Source: an uncultured Actinomycetes bacterium
Lineage (GTDB): Bacteria; Actinomycetota; Thermoleophilia; UBA2241
Reading direction: 5' to 3'
NCBI GenBank assembly: GCA_963760655.1
Contig: CAVXDR010000001.1
Span: forward strand, 213,007-253,006
Length of the DNA stretch: 40,000 nucleotides
The notes under the pieces are model-generated. The model saw nothing but the letters and a program-made list of their open reading frames with translations, was not told where the DNA came from and did no database searches. Of the stretch, positions 1 through 8,786 are shown one piece after another. Positions within the stretch are counted from its first letter, which is position 1, and every line of letters starts with the position of its first letter. The translations under genes were made by a program, and so were the position numbers.

Positions 1-2
1 GC

Positions 3-305
3 GGCGACGGCCACACCGCCTCGCTGTTCCCGCACTCGCCTGCCCTGGCCGTCGAGGACCGGCTCGTCGTGCCCAACCAGGGCGAGGGCACGGGGCAGAG
101 GCTGACCGTGACCTACCCGGTCCTGAACGCCGCGCGGCGTGTCGTGTTCGTCGTCACCGGCGCCGCCAAGGCCGGCATGGTGGCCGAGGTGCTCGAAGGG
201 CTGCGCGCCCCCGAGGCCGTACCCGCCCAGGCCGTCGCGCCGGTGCACGGCGCCCTCACCTGGCTGCTCGACGAGGCCGCGGCCGGCGAGCTGAGCGGGC
301 GCTGA
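3..305 (+). CDS. pgl: 6-phosphogluconolactonase, C-terminal part (5' end outside window)
   Basis: Frame 3 reads GDGHTASLFPHSPAL...TWLLDEAAA, the conserved C-terminal half of the Pgl/DevB family. The ORF is open to the window edge and stops at 305. Confidence 0.8.
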   Translation, partial: GDGHTASLFPHSPALAVEDRLVVPNQGEGTGQRLTVTYPVLNAARRVVFVVTGAAKAGMVAEVLEGLRAPEAVPAQAVAPVHGALTWLLDEAAAGELSGR

Positions 306-349
306 AGCGGCCGAGTGGTGTCTGAGGCCGCTCGCGCGGTGGTATCCTG

Positions 350-740
350 TCCAGCGCAAGCCAGGTGGCCGCGGCGGGGCTGCGTCTTCCGTCTCTTCGG
401 AGCGGGCGAGGCGGCGCGTCGAGGAAAGTCCGGACACCGTAGAGCAGGGCGCTGGATAACGTCCAGGCGGCGAAAGCCGACGGCAGAGCGCAACAGAGAG
501 CAGACCGCCAGCGGCCCCTTCGGGGGTGCGGGCAAGGGTGAAACGGTGAGGTAAGAGCTCACCAGCGGTCCTGGCGACAGGCCGGCTCGGCAAGCCCCGC
601 CCGGTGCAAGACCAAATAGGGAGGCGTTCGAGGGTTGCTCGCCCGAAGCCTCCGGGTCGGTCGCATGAGCCCCGCGGCAACGCGGCGGCCCAGATGGATG
701 GCCACTCAACGACAGAATCCGGCTTATCGGCTTGCTGACG
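350..740 (+). ncRNA. rnpB: RNase P RNA, bacterial class A
   Basis: Universally conserved blocks are present: GAGGAAAGTCCGG (about 421-433), GGTAAGAGCTCACCAG, AGATGGATGGCC and ACAGAATCCGGCTTATCGG (about 712-730). The P1 stem pairs CAGCGCAAGCC (352-362) with GGCTTGCTG (729-737). Overall layout parallels E. coli M1 RNA. The ends are approximate. Confidence 0.9.
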
Positions 741-775
741 AAAGCCCCGCCGCGCAGCTGACGGCGGGGCTTTCC
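741..775 (+). terminator. GC-rich stem-loop immediately 3' of rnpB
   Basis: AAAGCCCCGCCG-cgcagctga-CGGCGGGGCTTT is a perfect 12-bp stem. There is no T-tract, which is common in high-GC genomes. Confidence 0.5.
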
Positions 776-789
776 AACGAGAGGAGAGG

Positions 790-1293
790 ATGGCGATGAG
801 CGCTGCGCCGACGGCCGCCGAGGTGATCGCCAGTCTGGGCCTCGCGCCGCACCCCGAGGGCGGCTTCTTCTGCGAGACCTGGCGCTCGGCCGACACGGTC
901 GACGCTCCTCAGGGCCGGCGCGCCGCGGCCACGGCGATCGCCTTCCTGCTCGCGGCCGACCGGCCGAGCCGGTTCCACCGGCTGCTGTCCGACGAGCTCT
1001 GGGCCTGGCGGGGCGGCGCGCCGCTCGAGCTCTGGCTGCTCGAACCGGCCGGCGCGGCCCGCGCGGTCGTGCTGGGCACGACCGCCGAGCGCGCCGACGC
1101 CGTGCCCGCGGTCCGCGTGCCGGCCGGCGTCTGGCAGGCCGCCCGGGTGGTCGCGCCGGCCGCTGCGGACTGGGCGCTCGTGTCGTGCGTCGTCGCGCCG
1201 GGCTTCGACTATGCCGACTTCGCGCTCGGCTCAAGCAAGGCGCTCACGGCCGGCTGGCCGCAGGCCGCCGCCGTCGTCGCGGCGCTCACGTAG
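790..1293 (+). CDS. Cupin-fold DUF985 family protein
   Basis: The N-terminus LGLAPHPEGGFFCETWRS and later FHRLLSDELWAW / ALVSCVVAPGFDYADF match the DUF985/YML079w cupin family. An SD-like GAGAGGAGAGG lies upstream of the ATG. Confidence 0.75.
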   Translation: MAMSAAPTAAEVIASLGLAPHPEGGFFCETWRSADTVDAPQGRRAAATAIAFLLAADRPSRFHRLLSDELWAWRGGAPLELWLLEPAGAARAVVLGTTAERADAVPAVRVPAGVWQAARVVAPAAADWALVSCVVAPGFDYADFALGSSKALTAGWPQAAAVVAALT

Positions 1294-1360
1294 GGCGATT
1301 GTGCCGCTTCGGCGCGGCGCGTATCCTTGCCGGTAGACCAACCCTGTGCAAGGAGGCCAC

Positions 1361-1738
1361 GTGGCCCGTCCACTCACACCCGACGAGCTCACCCGGTACC
1401 CCTGGGCCAGCCAGATCGGCGACTACGTCCCGGTCGGCCGGCTGCGGACGATCGCCGTGCTGATCGGCGTCGGCGGCTTCATCGTGCTGCTGATCGGCTG
1501 CATCGTGTCGCTGGCCGCCGCCGAGAACGTCCGCCACGCGGTCACCATGAGCCACTGGGCCACGGCGGCCGGCGTGTACGGCGGCATCGCGCTCGCGGGG
1601 CTCGGCGCCGCGCTCGGCATCGTCACGCTGGTGCAGTGGTTCTCGCGGCGCGGCTCGCTCGCGCCGCTCGTGTGGTCGATCTGCGCGTGCCTGCCGTTGC
1701 TCGTGATCGTCTTTCTGATCCGGCCCGCGATCCACTGA
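1361..1738 (+). CDS. Small integral membrane protein (about 3 predicted TM helices), unknown function
   Basis: GTG start at 1361 is preceded by a strong SD, AAGGAGG, at 1349-1355. Hydrophobic segments include IAVLIGVGGFIVLLIGCIV, AAGVYGGIALAGLGAALGIV and ICACLPLLVIVFLI. Confidence 0.6.
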   Translation: MARPLTPDELTRYPWASQIGDYVPVGRLRTIAVLIGVGGFIVLLIGCIVSLAAAENVRHAVTMSHWATAAGVYGGIALAGLGAALGIVTLVQWFSRRGSLAPLVWSICACLPLLVIVFLIRPAIH

Positions 1739-1836
1739 CCTTCCCGTGCGCCGCACGAACGCGGCGTCGTCGGCCCCGTCCGCGGCTCGCCGCCGCCGGC
1801 TCCGTCCCGACGGTCTGCTAGCGTAGGACGGGCGCC

Positions 1837-4800
1837 ATGCCGATCGGCTCAGACACCGTCCACTCTCCGCTCTGCCTCGCGGGCCGCGACCAGCTCGAAG
1901 CCGGCCTCGCCGGCTGGATCGCCGCCGTCAAGGCCGACGACCCGCTGCGCCGGGTCGTCGTCGTGACGGGCTCCAGCCTGGCGTGCGGCCGCCTCGCCCG
2001 GGTCGCGGCGGCCCAGCTCGGCGCCCACGCCGGGGTGCGCTTCGTCTCCATCCATAGCCTGGCGCGCGAGTTGGCCGGTCCCCGGCTCCAGCGCGATGCC
2101 CTGCACCTGCTCACGCCGCTGTTGCGCGAGCGCCTGGTGGCGAGCCTCTCGGCGGTCCACGCCGGCGCCGACTCGTTCTTCGGGCCGGTGGCCCGCACGC
2201 CGGGCCTGCCGCGCGCACTCACCCGCAGCATCGACGACCTGCGCGAGGCCGGCGTGCCGCCGGCCGCCCTCGGCGCCGTCCGCTCGCCGCGTGTCGCTGC
2301 GCTCGCGGCGCTGTACGGCGACTACGTCGCCGCGCTGCAGCGCCGCCGCCTGGTCGACGACGCCACGCTCTACGCCCTGGCGGCGCGCGCCGCCGCCGAC
2401 GGCTGCGCGCCGCTCGAGCCGGGCACGCCGGTCGCCGTGTACGGGCTCTACGACCTGCCCGCCATGCAGACCGGCCTCGTCACGGCGCTCGCGGCCGGCC
2501 GGCCGCTCGCCGCCTTCGTGCCGTGGGGCGCCGGCGTCGAGCCCTACGCCGCACCGGCGCGCGCCTTCTTCGAGCGGCTCGGTCTACAGGTCGTCGATCC
2601 GGCTGCGGCCGGCCGGCCTGATCCGACCGTCCGGAACGGAGTCGGCGCTGTGAGCGGTGCCGACGTGAGCGTGCTCTCGGTCACCGACGACGTCGCCCAG
2701 CGGCGCGCGGTCTGCGACGCCGTGCTGCGCGCGGCGGCCGGCGGCGTCGCCTTCCACGACATGGCCGTGGTGCTGCACGACGCCGCCGGTCGCGTTCGCC
2801 TGACCACGGCGCTCGCCGGGTACGACGTGCCGGTCGCGGCGCACGGGCCGGCCGACGACGTCGCGTCGCGCACCTGCCGGCTGCTGCTCGACTGTCTCGC
2901 GCCGGGCGCCGGCCGGCCGTTGCGCCGCGACGCGGTGATCGACCTGGCGGCCACGGCGCCGCGCCTGGCCGTGCCCGCCGACGCGGCCACGGTCGCCCTG
3001 TGGGACGACCTGTCGCGCCGGGCCCGCATCGTCGCCGACGACGAATGGCTCACGCGTCTCGGGCGCCTCGAGCGCGCCATCGCGTGGCGCGCCGGGCTCG
3101 CCGACGGTCACGAGGGCGCCGACGGCGAGCGTCCCGGCGGCGGGTCCGGTGCCGGTGGCGGCGCCGACGCCGCGGCGGCGGCCCAGGCGCTCGCCGCCGC
3201 CGCTTCGCTGCGCGAGCTCGTCGCTCGCCTCGGCGGGCTGCGCCGCCGCCTGGCCGCCGCACGTACCTGGCGGCAGGCGGTCGGCCTCTTCCTCGACGGC
3301 GCGCAGACGCTGTGCGGGGTGCCGGCCGGCGAGCCCGCGGCGGTCGCGCTGGCGGCTCTGGCCGACGTCGACCTGGTCGACGACGCGCCCCCCGGCGCGG
3401 CCTTCGCCGCGGTCGCCAGGCGCGCGCTTGAGCAGCTCGAGACGCCCGCCGCGCACCGGGTGGGGCGCGACGGCGTTGCGGTGCTGTCGCCGCAGCAGCT
3501 CCGCGGCCTGTCGTTTCGCCTGATCGTGTTCTGCGACCTTGCCGAGGGCGGTTTTCCGCCGCGCCCGGCGCCCGACCCCATCCTCCTCGACGCCGAGCGC
3601 ACGGCCGTGGCTGCGGCGTGTGGCGCGCGGCTGCCGCTGACGGCCGACCTGCCGGCCGAGCACGACGCCCTGTTCGCCCTGGCCCGGCAGGCCGCAAGCG
3701 AGTGCTTCGTGCTGCTCTACCCGCGCCTCGACGTCGCCGACGGCCGGCCGCGGCTGCCCTCGCGGGTGCTGCTCGGCCTGGCACGCGAGCTTGCCGGCCG
3801 GCCGGTGACGTTCGACGAGCTCGAGCGCGACGGCGGGTGCGACGGCCTCGTGCGGCGCCCCTTGCAGGGCCGCGGCGCGCCGCTCGACCTGCGCGACGTC
3901 GACCTCGAGGTGCTGGCCGTGGCCGCACGGCGCCCCGCGGCGGGTTGGCTGCGCGACTACGCCGCGGCGCTCATGGGCGGCGAGCGGGCCGAGCGCGGGG
4001 CGGCGGCCGCCGACGGCGGCCGCCGCCCCGCGCTCGGCCCCTACGACGGCCTGCTGTCGGCCGGCAACGCCGCCCGGGCCGCCGCCCGCGTGCTGGGCGC
4101 GCCGGTCTCGCCGAGCGCCCTCGAGACCTACCTCACTTGCCCCTTCCAGTTCTACCTGCGCCACGTGCTCGGCCTCGATGTGCCCGACGACCCCGACGAG
4201 GCCCTGTCCATCGACCCGCGCGATCTGGGCAGCCTGGTCCACGAGATCCTGCAGGCGGCCTATGGCGCCGCGACCGGCGCGCACGCGCCCACGGCCGAGC
4301 TCGCCCTCGCCACGCTCGAGCAGGCCGCGCCGCGCGCCTTCGACCGCGCCGAGGCGCACGGCCTCACCGGCTTTCCGCTCGCCTGGCGCGTGCTGCGCGA
4401 CGAGCTGCTCGACGACCTGCGCCACGTCGTCGCGGTCGACCCCTGCTGGCACGACGGTCTGCCGCCGGCCCGCTGCGAGTGGTCGTTCGGAACCGAGGCC
4501 TCGGCTGCGTCGGGCGGGGCGGGCGGTGTCGTGCCCGAGCTCGTCGTCGGCGACCGCGTGGTGCGCTTCCGCGGCCGCGTCGACCGGGTCGACGCGCGCG
4601 CCGACGGCGGCCTCGTGCGGCTCGTCGACTACAAGACCGGGGCCGGCGTGACCGAAGCCGAGCGGCTCGACCAGGGCTGCGACGTGCAGCTTGCCGTCTA
4701 CGTGCTCGCCGCGCTGGCCGCCGGCGAGCCCGCGCCCGCCGGCGTCCGCGCCGAGTACCGCATGGTGCGGCGCGCCGCCGGCTTCAAGGTCCTGCCGCTC

Positions 4801-5031
4801 GACGCCGACCCCGGCGCCGTGCGCGACGACCTCGTCGCGACCGTGGCGGTCGCCGTCGCCGGCATGACCGCCGGGCTGTACCCGCGCTGGCACGACCGGC
4901 GTCGCTGCCGCTTCTGCGACGCCGCCGGGCGCTGCGGCGTCGACCGGCTCGCCTTCGTCGCCAAGCGTCGCGACCCGCGCCTGCGCGAGCTGCTCGCCTT
5001 CAAAGAATCTCGGGGCCGAAGGCGGTCGTGA
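1837..5031 (+). CDS. addB: AddB-type helicase-nuclease subunit B (PD-(D/E)XK nuclease with Fe-S cysteines)
   Basis: 1064 aa. The C-terminal nuclease has YLTCPFQFYLRHVLGL ... LVDYKTG ... CRFCDAAGRCG, the one-plus-three Cys pattern of the AddB/Cas4-type 4Fe-4S nuclease. The stop overlaps the start of the downstream UvrD-like gene (GTGA). Confidence 0.8.
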   Translation: MPIGSDTVHSPLCLAGRDQLEAGLAGWIAAVKADDPLRRVVVVTGSSLACGRLARVAAAQLGAHAGVRFVSIHSLARELAGPRLQRDALHLLTPLLRERLVASLSAVHAGADSFFGPVARTPGLPRALTRSIDDLREAGVPPAALGAVRSPRVAALAALYGDYVAALQRRRLVDDATLYALAARAAADGCAPLEPGTPVAVYGLYDLPAMQTGLVTALAAGRPLAAFVPWGAGVEPYAAPARAFFERLGLQVVDPAAAGRPDPTVRNGVGAVSGADVSVLSVTDDVAQRRAVCDAVLRAAAGGVAFHDMAVVLHDAAGRVRLTTALAGYDVPVAAHGPADDVASRTCRLLLDCLAPGAGRPLRRDAVIDLAATAPRLAVPADAATVALWDDLSRRARIVADDEWLTRLGRLERAIAWRAGLADGHEGADGERPGGGSGAGGGADAAAAAQALAAAASLRELVARLGGLRRRLAAARTWRQAVGLFLDGAQTLCGVPAGEPAAVALAALADVDLVDDAPPGAAFAAVARRALEQLETPAAHRVGRDGVAVLSPQQLRGLSFRLIVFCDLAEGGFPPRPAPDPILLDAERTAVAAACGARLPLTADLPAEHDALFALARQAASECFVLLYPRLDVADGRPRLPSRVLLGLARELAGRPVTFDELERDGGCDGLVRRPLQGRGAPLDLRDVDLEVLAVAARRPAAGWLRDYAAALMGGERAERGAAAADGGRRPALGPYDGLLSAGNAARAAARVLGAPVSPSALETYLTCPFQFYLRHVLGLDVPDDPDEALSIDPRDLGSLVHEILQAAYGAATGAHAPTAELALATLEQAAPRAFDRAEAHGLTGFPLAWRVLRDELLDDLRHVVAVDPCWHDGLPPARCEWSFGTEASAASGGAGGVVPELVVGDRVVRFRGRVDRVDARADGGLVRLVDYKTGAGVTEAERLDQGCDVQLAVYVLAALAAGEPAPAGVRAEYRMVRRAAGFKVLPLDADPGAVRDDLVATVAVAVAGMTAGLYPRWHDRRRCRFCDAAGRCGVDRLAFVAKRRDPRLRELLAFKESRGRRRS

Positions 5032-8000
5032 CGCCCGCCGGCGACATCGTCGACGCCGCGCTCCGACCGGTCGATCACGCCGTGCGGCAGCGCGTGGCGA
5101 GCGACCTGCGCACCACGTTCCTGCTACAGGCCGGGGCCGGCACGGGCAAGACGAGCGCCCTGGTCGAGCGCTACGTCGCCTGCCTCTCGGCCGACGGCGC
5201 CCCGCCGGTCACCGAGGTCGTCGCCATCACCTTCACCGAAAAGGCCGCCGGCGAGCTGCGCCAGCGGGTGCGCGCGCGTCTCGAGCGGGCGGTCGCCGAC
5301 GCCACGCTCGATGCCGCCCTGCGCGAGCGCCTCGGCGTGGCCCTCGGCGGCCTCGACGACGCGCCGATCTCGACCATCCACTCGTTCGCGGCGCGCCTGC
5401 TCCGCGAGCGTCCGGTCGAGGCAGGGGTCGACCCGGCCTTCACCCAGCTCGACGCGGCGGGGTCGCAGCTTCTGCGCGAGCGTCTCTGGCGCGACTGGCT
5501 GGCGGGCCTGCTCGACCGCGACGACGCCGGCGGCGTCGCCGGGCCGCTCGCCCAGGCGCTGCGCGCCGGCGTGCGCATCGACGAGATCCAGAAGCTCGCC
5601 TTCCAGCGCTTCGGCGAGCGCTACGCGGTGGCCGACGCCCCCGTGCTGCCGGCGCCCGATCTGGCCGCCGCCTGCGCCGCCGCGCGCCGCGCTGCGGCCG
5701 GTCTCGTGCGTCTGGCCCAGGCCTGCGCCGACGACGCCGATCGCCTCAGGGTGTCGTGCCTCGACCTGGCCGCGCTGGCCGCCGAGCTGCCCGACGCAGG
5801 CGAGCTGCACGACCTCGGCCTCGAGCTCACGGTGGCGGCCGCCCGCGCCGCTCACCTGACCCCCCGCAACGCCGGACGCGCGGCGAACTGGCCCGGCGGC
5901 AAGGAGCCGGCGACCGTCGCTCGCGACGCCCTGCGCGAGCTGCTGGCCGACGCCGCCGCCGGCTACGGCGCTCACGTCGCGGCGCTCGCGCTCACTGTGG
6001 CGGCCGACTTCGCGCGCGCCGCCGCCGACGCCCAGCGCGACGCCGGCGCCCTCGACTTCGACGACCTGCTGGGCCGCGCCCGCGACCTGCTGGCCGGCCT
6101 GCCCGGTGTCGCGTCCGACCGGGTGATCGCCGTGCGGCGGCACTTCCAGCGTCGCTTCCGCTTCATCCTGGTCGACGAGTTCCAGGACACCGACCCGCTG
6201 CAGGCCGAGATCGCCTTTCTGCTGGCCGAGCGCGAGCCCACCACGCGCTCCTGGCGCGACGTCGAGCTCGAGCCCGGCAAGCTCTTTCTGGTGGGCGACC
6301 CCAAGCAGTCGATCTACCGCTTTCGCCGGGCCGACATCGCCACCTACGACGAGGTGCGCCGCCTGATCGAGGCCCAGGGTGGCGCGACCCTCGAGCTCGT
6401 CCAGAACTTCCGCACGGTGCGCTCGATCGTCGACTGGGTGAACGGCCTGTTCCATGGGCTCCTGGCCGACGCCGTCGAGGGCCTGCAGCCGCGCTACGCT
6501 GACCTCGCGCCGCTGCGCGACGACGCCGGGTCCGAACCGGGGGTCGTGCTCGTGACGCCGCCCGGCCAGCCGGCCGCCGCCGGGCTTGCCGGGGCCGCCG
6601 GCGAGCCGGGCGACTCCGACGCGCCAGGGGAGCGCGGCGCGGCACACCCGTCCGACGACGTCGAGCCCGACCGGCCGAGCCCGCCCTATAGTGCCGAGCC
6701 CGACCAGCCGAGCCCGCCCTACAGTGCCGAGCCCGGCCGGCCGGGCTCGCCCGACGACCTGTGCCGCCGCGAGGCGCTGCTCATCGCCGACCTGCTGAGC
6801 GGCATCGAGCGTACCGGCTGGCAGGTTCACGAGCCCGACCAGAGCTGGCGCCCGGCCCGGCCCGGCGACGTCGCCGTGCTGCTACCGACCTTCACGCGGG
6901 TCGGCTTCTACGAGCAGGCTCTGCGGCAGGCCGGCCTGCCGTACCGGGTCGACGGCGGGCGCACCTTCTACGAGCGGCGCGAGATCGTCGACACGCTCGC
7001 CGTGCTGCGCGCGGTCGACACCGCGGCCGACCCGGTCGCCGTGTACGCGGCCCTGCACGGCGGCCTCTTCGCCCTCTCCGACGATCGGCTCTACGCCTAT
7101 CGCGCCGCGGGCGGCGAGTTCGACTACCTGCGCGCGGCCGCGGTCGACGGATTCCCCGACATTGCCGCGGCCCTCGCCGACCTGCGCGAGCTGCACGACC
7201 TGCGCAACCGGCGTCCGGTGGCCGAGACCCTCGACGACCTCGTGCGCCGCTCGCACCTGCTCGAGAGCCTCGCGCTGTGGGCCGACGACGGCGAGCAGGC
7301 GATCGCCAACATCGGCGAGCTCGTCTCGCGTGCCGACCGGTTCGCGCGCAGCGCCGAGGCCGGCTTTCACGCCTTCGTCGCCGACGCGCTGCGCGACGCC
7401 GACGCCGCCGACACGGCCGAATCCCCGGTGGGCGAGCCGGGCGAGTTCGTGCGCGTGATGACGGTGCACAAGGCCAAGGGCCTCGAGTTTCCGATCGTCG
7501 TCCTGGCGGCCGCCATGTTCACCCCGCCGTCGCCCGAGCGCGACCCGCTGATCGATCGCGCCGCGCGCCGGCTCGACTGCTCGCTGTCGTGCCCGGCGCC
7601 CGACCCGGGCGGCGTCGCCGGTCGAGTGCGCTATCAGACGCTGGGCTACGACCAGCGCTTCGCGCGCGAAAAGCAGGCGCTCGAAGCCGAGCGCGTGCGC
7701 GTGCTCTACGTCGCCCTCACGCGGGCCGCCGATCTGCTCGTGCTGCCGCTCGTCACCACGGCGCCGCGTGCCGGGTCGCTGCAGGGGCTCTGGCAGGCGG
7801 CCGGCGCGGCGGCCGGCGACCGCCGGCTGCTCGAATGGACGGCGGGGGCGGCGGGGCCGCCGGCGGCGGCCCCGCCGCCCCCGCCCGCCGACCCGCTCGC
7901 GGCGCGCGCCGCGTGGCGCGAGGAGCGCGCCGCGCTCCTCGCGCGCGCCGCGCGCGCCGCCCCCGTGTTCGCGCCGAGCTCGCTCGAGCGCCTCGAACCG

Positions 8001-8651
8001 TCCGACTGGGACGACGCTGCGGGCCCGGCCGCAGCACCGTCGCCGGCGCCGGCGCGACCGGCCTCGGGCGCCACGAGCGACCGCGGCGCGCGCGCTCGCG
8101 CCCTGGCGCTCGGCACGGCGGTGCACGCGGTGCTCGAAGCCGTGTCGCTCCACGACGACGCCGGGCTCGACGACCTCGCCGCTACGGCCGCGCTGCGGGC
8201 CGGGCTGCCCGACGAAGCCGCGCGCGTCGCCGCCCTGGCGCGCGCCTGCTGGCGGGCGGCGCCGCTGCGCGCCGCCGCCGGCGCCCGCCACGAGCGCGAG
8301 CTGCCGGTGTGTGTGGTGCACGACGGTGTGACGATCGAAGGGGCCATCGACCTGGTCTACCGCGCGGCGAGCGGCGCCTGGACCATCGTCGACTACAAGA
8401 CCGACGCCCACCCCGACCCACGGGGCGTGTTCGAGCGCTACGGCGGGCAGGCCGGCGCCTACGCGCTCGCCTTCGAGGCGGCCGGCGGCGGGCGCGTGGC
8501 GGCCGTCGAGGTGCTGCTCGCCGCGCTGCCCGACCTGAGCGGCGCGGCGACCGTGGTGCATCTGCCGGTCGACGACGCCCTGCGCGACCTCGTTGCTCAA
8601 CGCCTGCGCGAGGCCGCCGCGCCGCCCGTGTCTGGGCTCACCGACGGCTGA
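5028..8651 (+). CDS. addA: AddA/UvrD-family ATP-dependent helicase with C-terminal RecB-like nuclease
   Basis: Real start is taken as GTG 5028, overlapping the addB stop. Motifs: Walker A AGAGTGKTS, ILVDEFQDTD, LVGDPKQSIYRFRRAD, TVHKAKGLEFPIVVL, VLYVALTRA. C-terminal nuclease motif IDLVYRA...IVDYKTD. The 470 aa upstream in the listed ORF (3618-) are an Arg-rich off-frame read-through of addB. Confidence 0.85.
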   Translation: MTPAGDIVDAALRPVDHAVRQRVASDLRTTFLLQAGAGTGKTSALVERYVACLSADGAPPVTEVVAITFTEKAAGELRQRVRARLERAVADATLDAALRERLGVALGGLDDAPISTIHSFAARLLRERPVEAGVDPAFTQLDAAGSQLLRERLWRDWLAGLLDRDDAGGVAGPLAQALRAGVRIDEIQKLAFQRFGERYAVADAPVLPAPDLAAACAAARRAAAGLVRLAQACADDADRLRVSCLDLAALAAELPDAGELHDLGLELTVAAARAAHLTPRNAGRAANWPGGKEPATVARDALRELLADAAAGYGAHVAALALTVAADFARAAADAQRDAGALDFDDLLGRARDLLAGLPGVASDRVIAVRRHFQRRFRFILVDEFQDTDPLQAEIAFLLAEREPTTRSWRDVELEPGKLFLVGDPKQSIYRFRRADIATYDEVRRLIEAQGGATLELVQNFRTVRSIVDWVNGLFHGLLADAVEGLQPRYADLAPLRDDAGSEPGVVLVTPPGQPAAAGLAGAAGEPGDSDAPGERGAAHPSDDVEPDRPSPPYSAEPDQPSPPYSAEPGRPGSPDDLCRREALLIADLLSGIERTGWQVHEPDQSWRPARPGDVAVLLPTFTRVGFYEQALRQAGLPYRVDGGRTFYERREIVDTLAVLRAVDTAADPVAVYAALHGGLFALSDDRLYAYRAAGGEFDYLRAAAVDGFPDIAAALADLRELHDLRNRRPVAETLDDLVRRSHLLESLALWADDGEQAIANIGELVSRADRFARSAEAGFHAFVADALRDADAADTAESPVGEPGEFVRVMTVHKAKGLEFPIVVLAAAMFTPPSPERDPLIDRAARRLDCSLSCPAPDPGGVAGRVRYQTLGYDQRFAREKQALEAERVRVLYVALTRAADLLVLPLVTTAPRAGSLQGLWQAAGAAAGDRRLLEWTAGAAGPPAAAPPPPPADPLAARAAWREERAALLARAARAAPVFAPSSLERLEPSDWDDAAGPAAAPSPAPARPASGATSDRGARARALALGTAVHAVLEAVSLHDDAGLDDLAATAALRAGLPDEAARVAALARACWRAAPLRAAAGARHERELPVCVVHDGVTIEGAIDLVYRAASGAWTIVDYKTDAHPDPRGVFERYGGQAGAYALAFEAAGGGRVAAVEVLLAALPDLSGAATVVHLPVDDALRDLVAQRLREAAAPPVSGLTDG
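6663..6752 (+). repeat. 33-bp in-frame tandem repeat (2.7 copies) inside addA
   Basis: GAGCCCGACCGGCCGAGCCCGCCCTATAGTGCC / GAGCCCGACCAGCCGAGCCCGCCCTACAGTGCC / GAGCCCGGCCGGCCGGGCTCGCCC encodes EPDRPSPPYSA-EPDQPSPPYSA-EPGRPGSP. Confidence 0.85.
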
Positions 8652-8786
8652 GCGGGGCGGTCGCGCGGGGGTCGCTGCGGAGCCTCTGCGGGCAACGTGT
8701 GAACGCCTCCGAACCTTGAAAGTAGCAGGCCGCGAGGCGTAACTTGGGCACTGCGGGTAGAGGGTAGCCAGTCCAGAGGGGGACAT

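Noticed and set aside
113-1234. 373-aa minus-strand ORF (Arg/Pro/Ala-rich) spanning rnpB and the cupin gene
   Set aside because: Its composition is typical of antisense or off-frame reading of high-GC DNA. It overlaps a confidently identified RNase P RNA and a plus-strand gene with recognisable family motifs.
2584-4893. 769-aa minus-strand ORF antisense to addB
   Set aside because: No motifs were seen and the composition is Gly/Arg/Ala-rich and antisense-like. The plus strand carries clear AddB nuclease motifs.
3618-5027. N-terminal 470 aa of the listed 1677-aa ORF (3618-8651)
   Set aside because: This part is an extremely Arg-rich off-frame read-through of addB. Helicase homology begins only after GTG 5028, which overlaps the addB stop.
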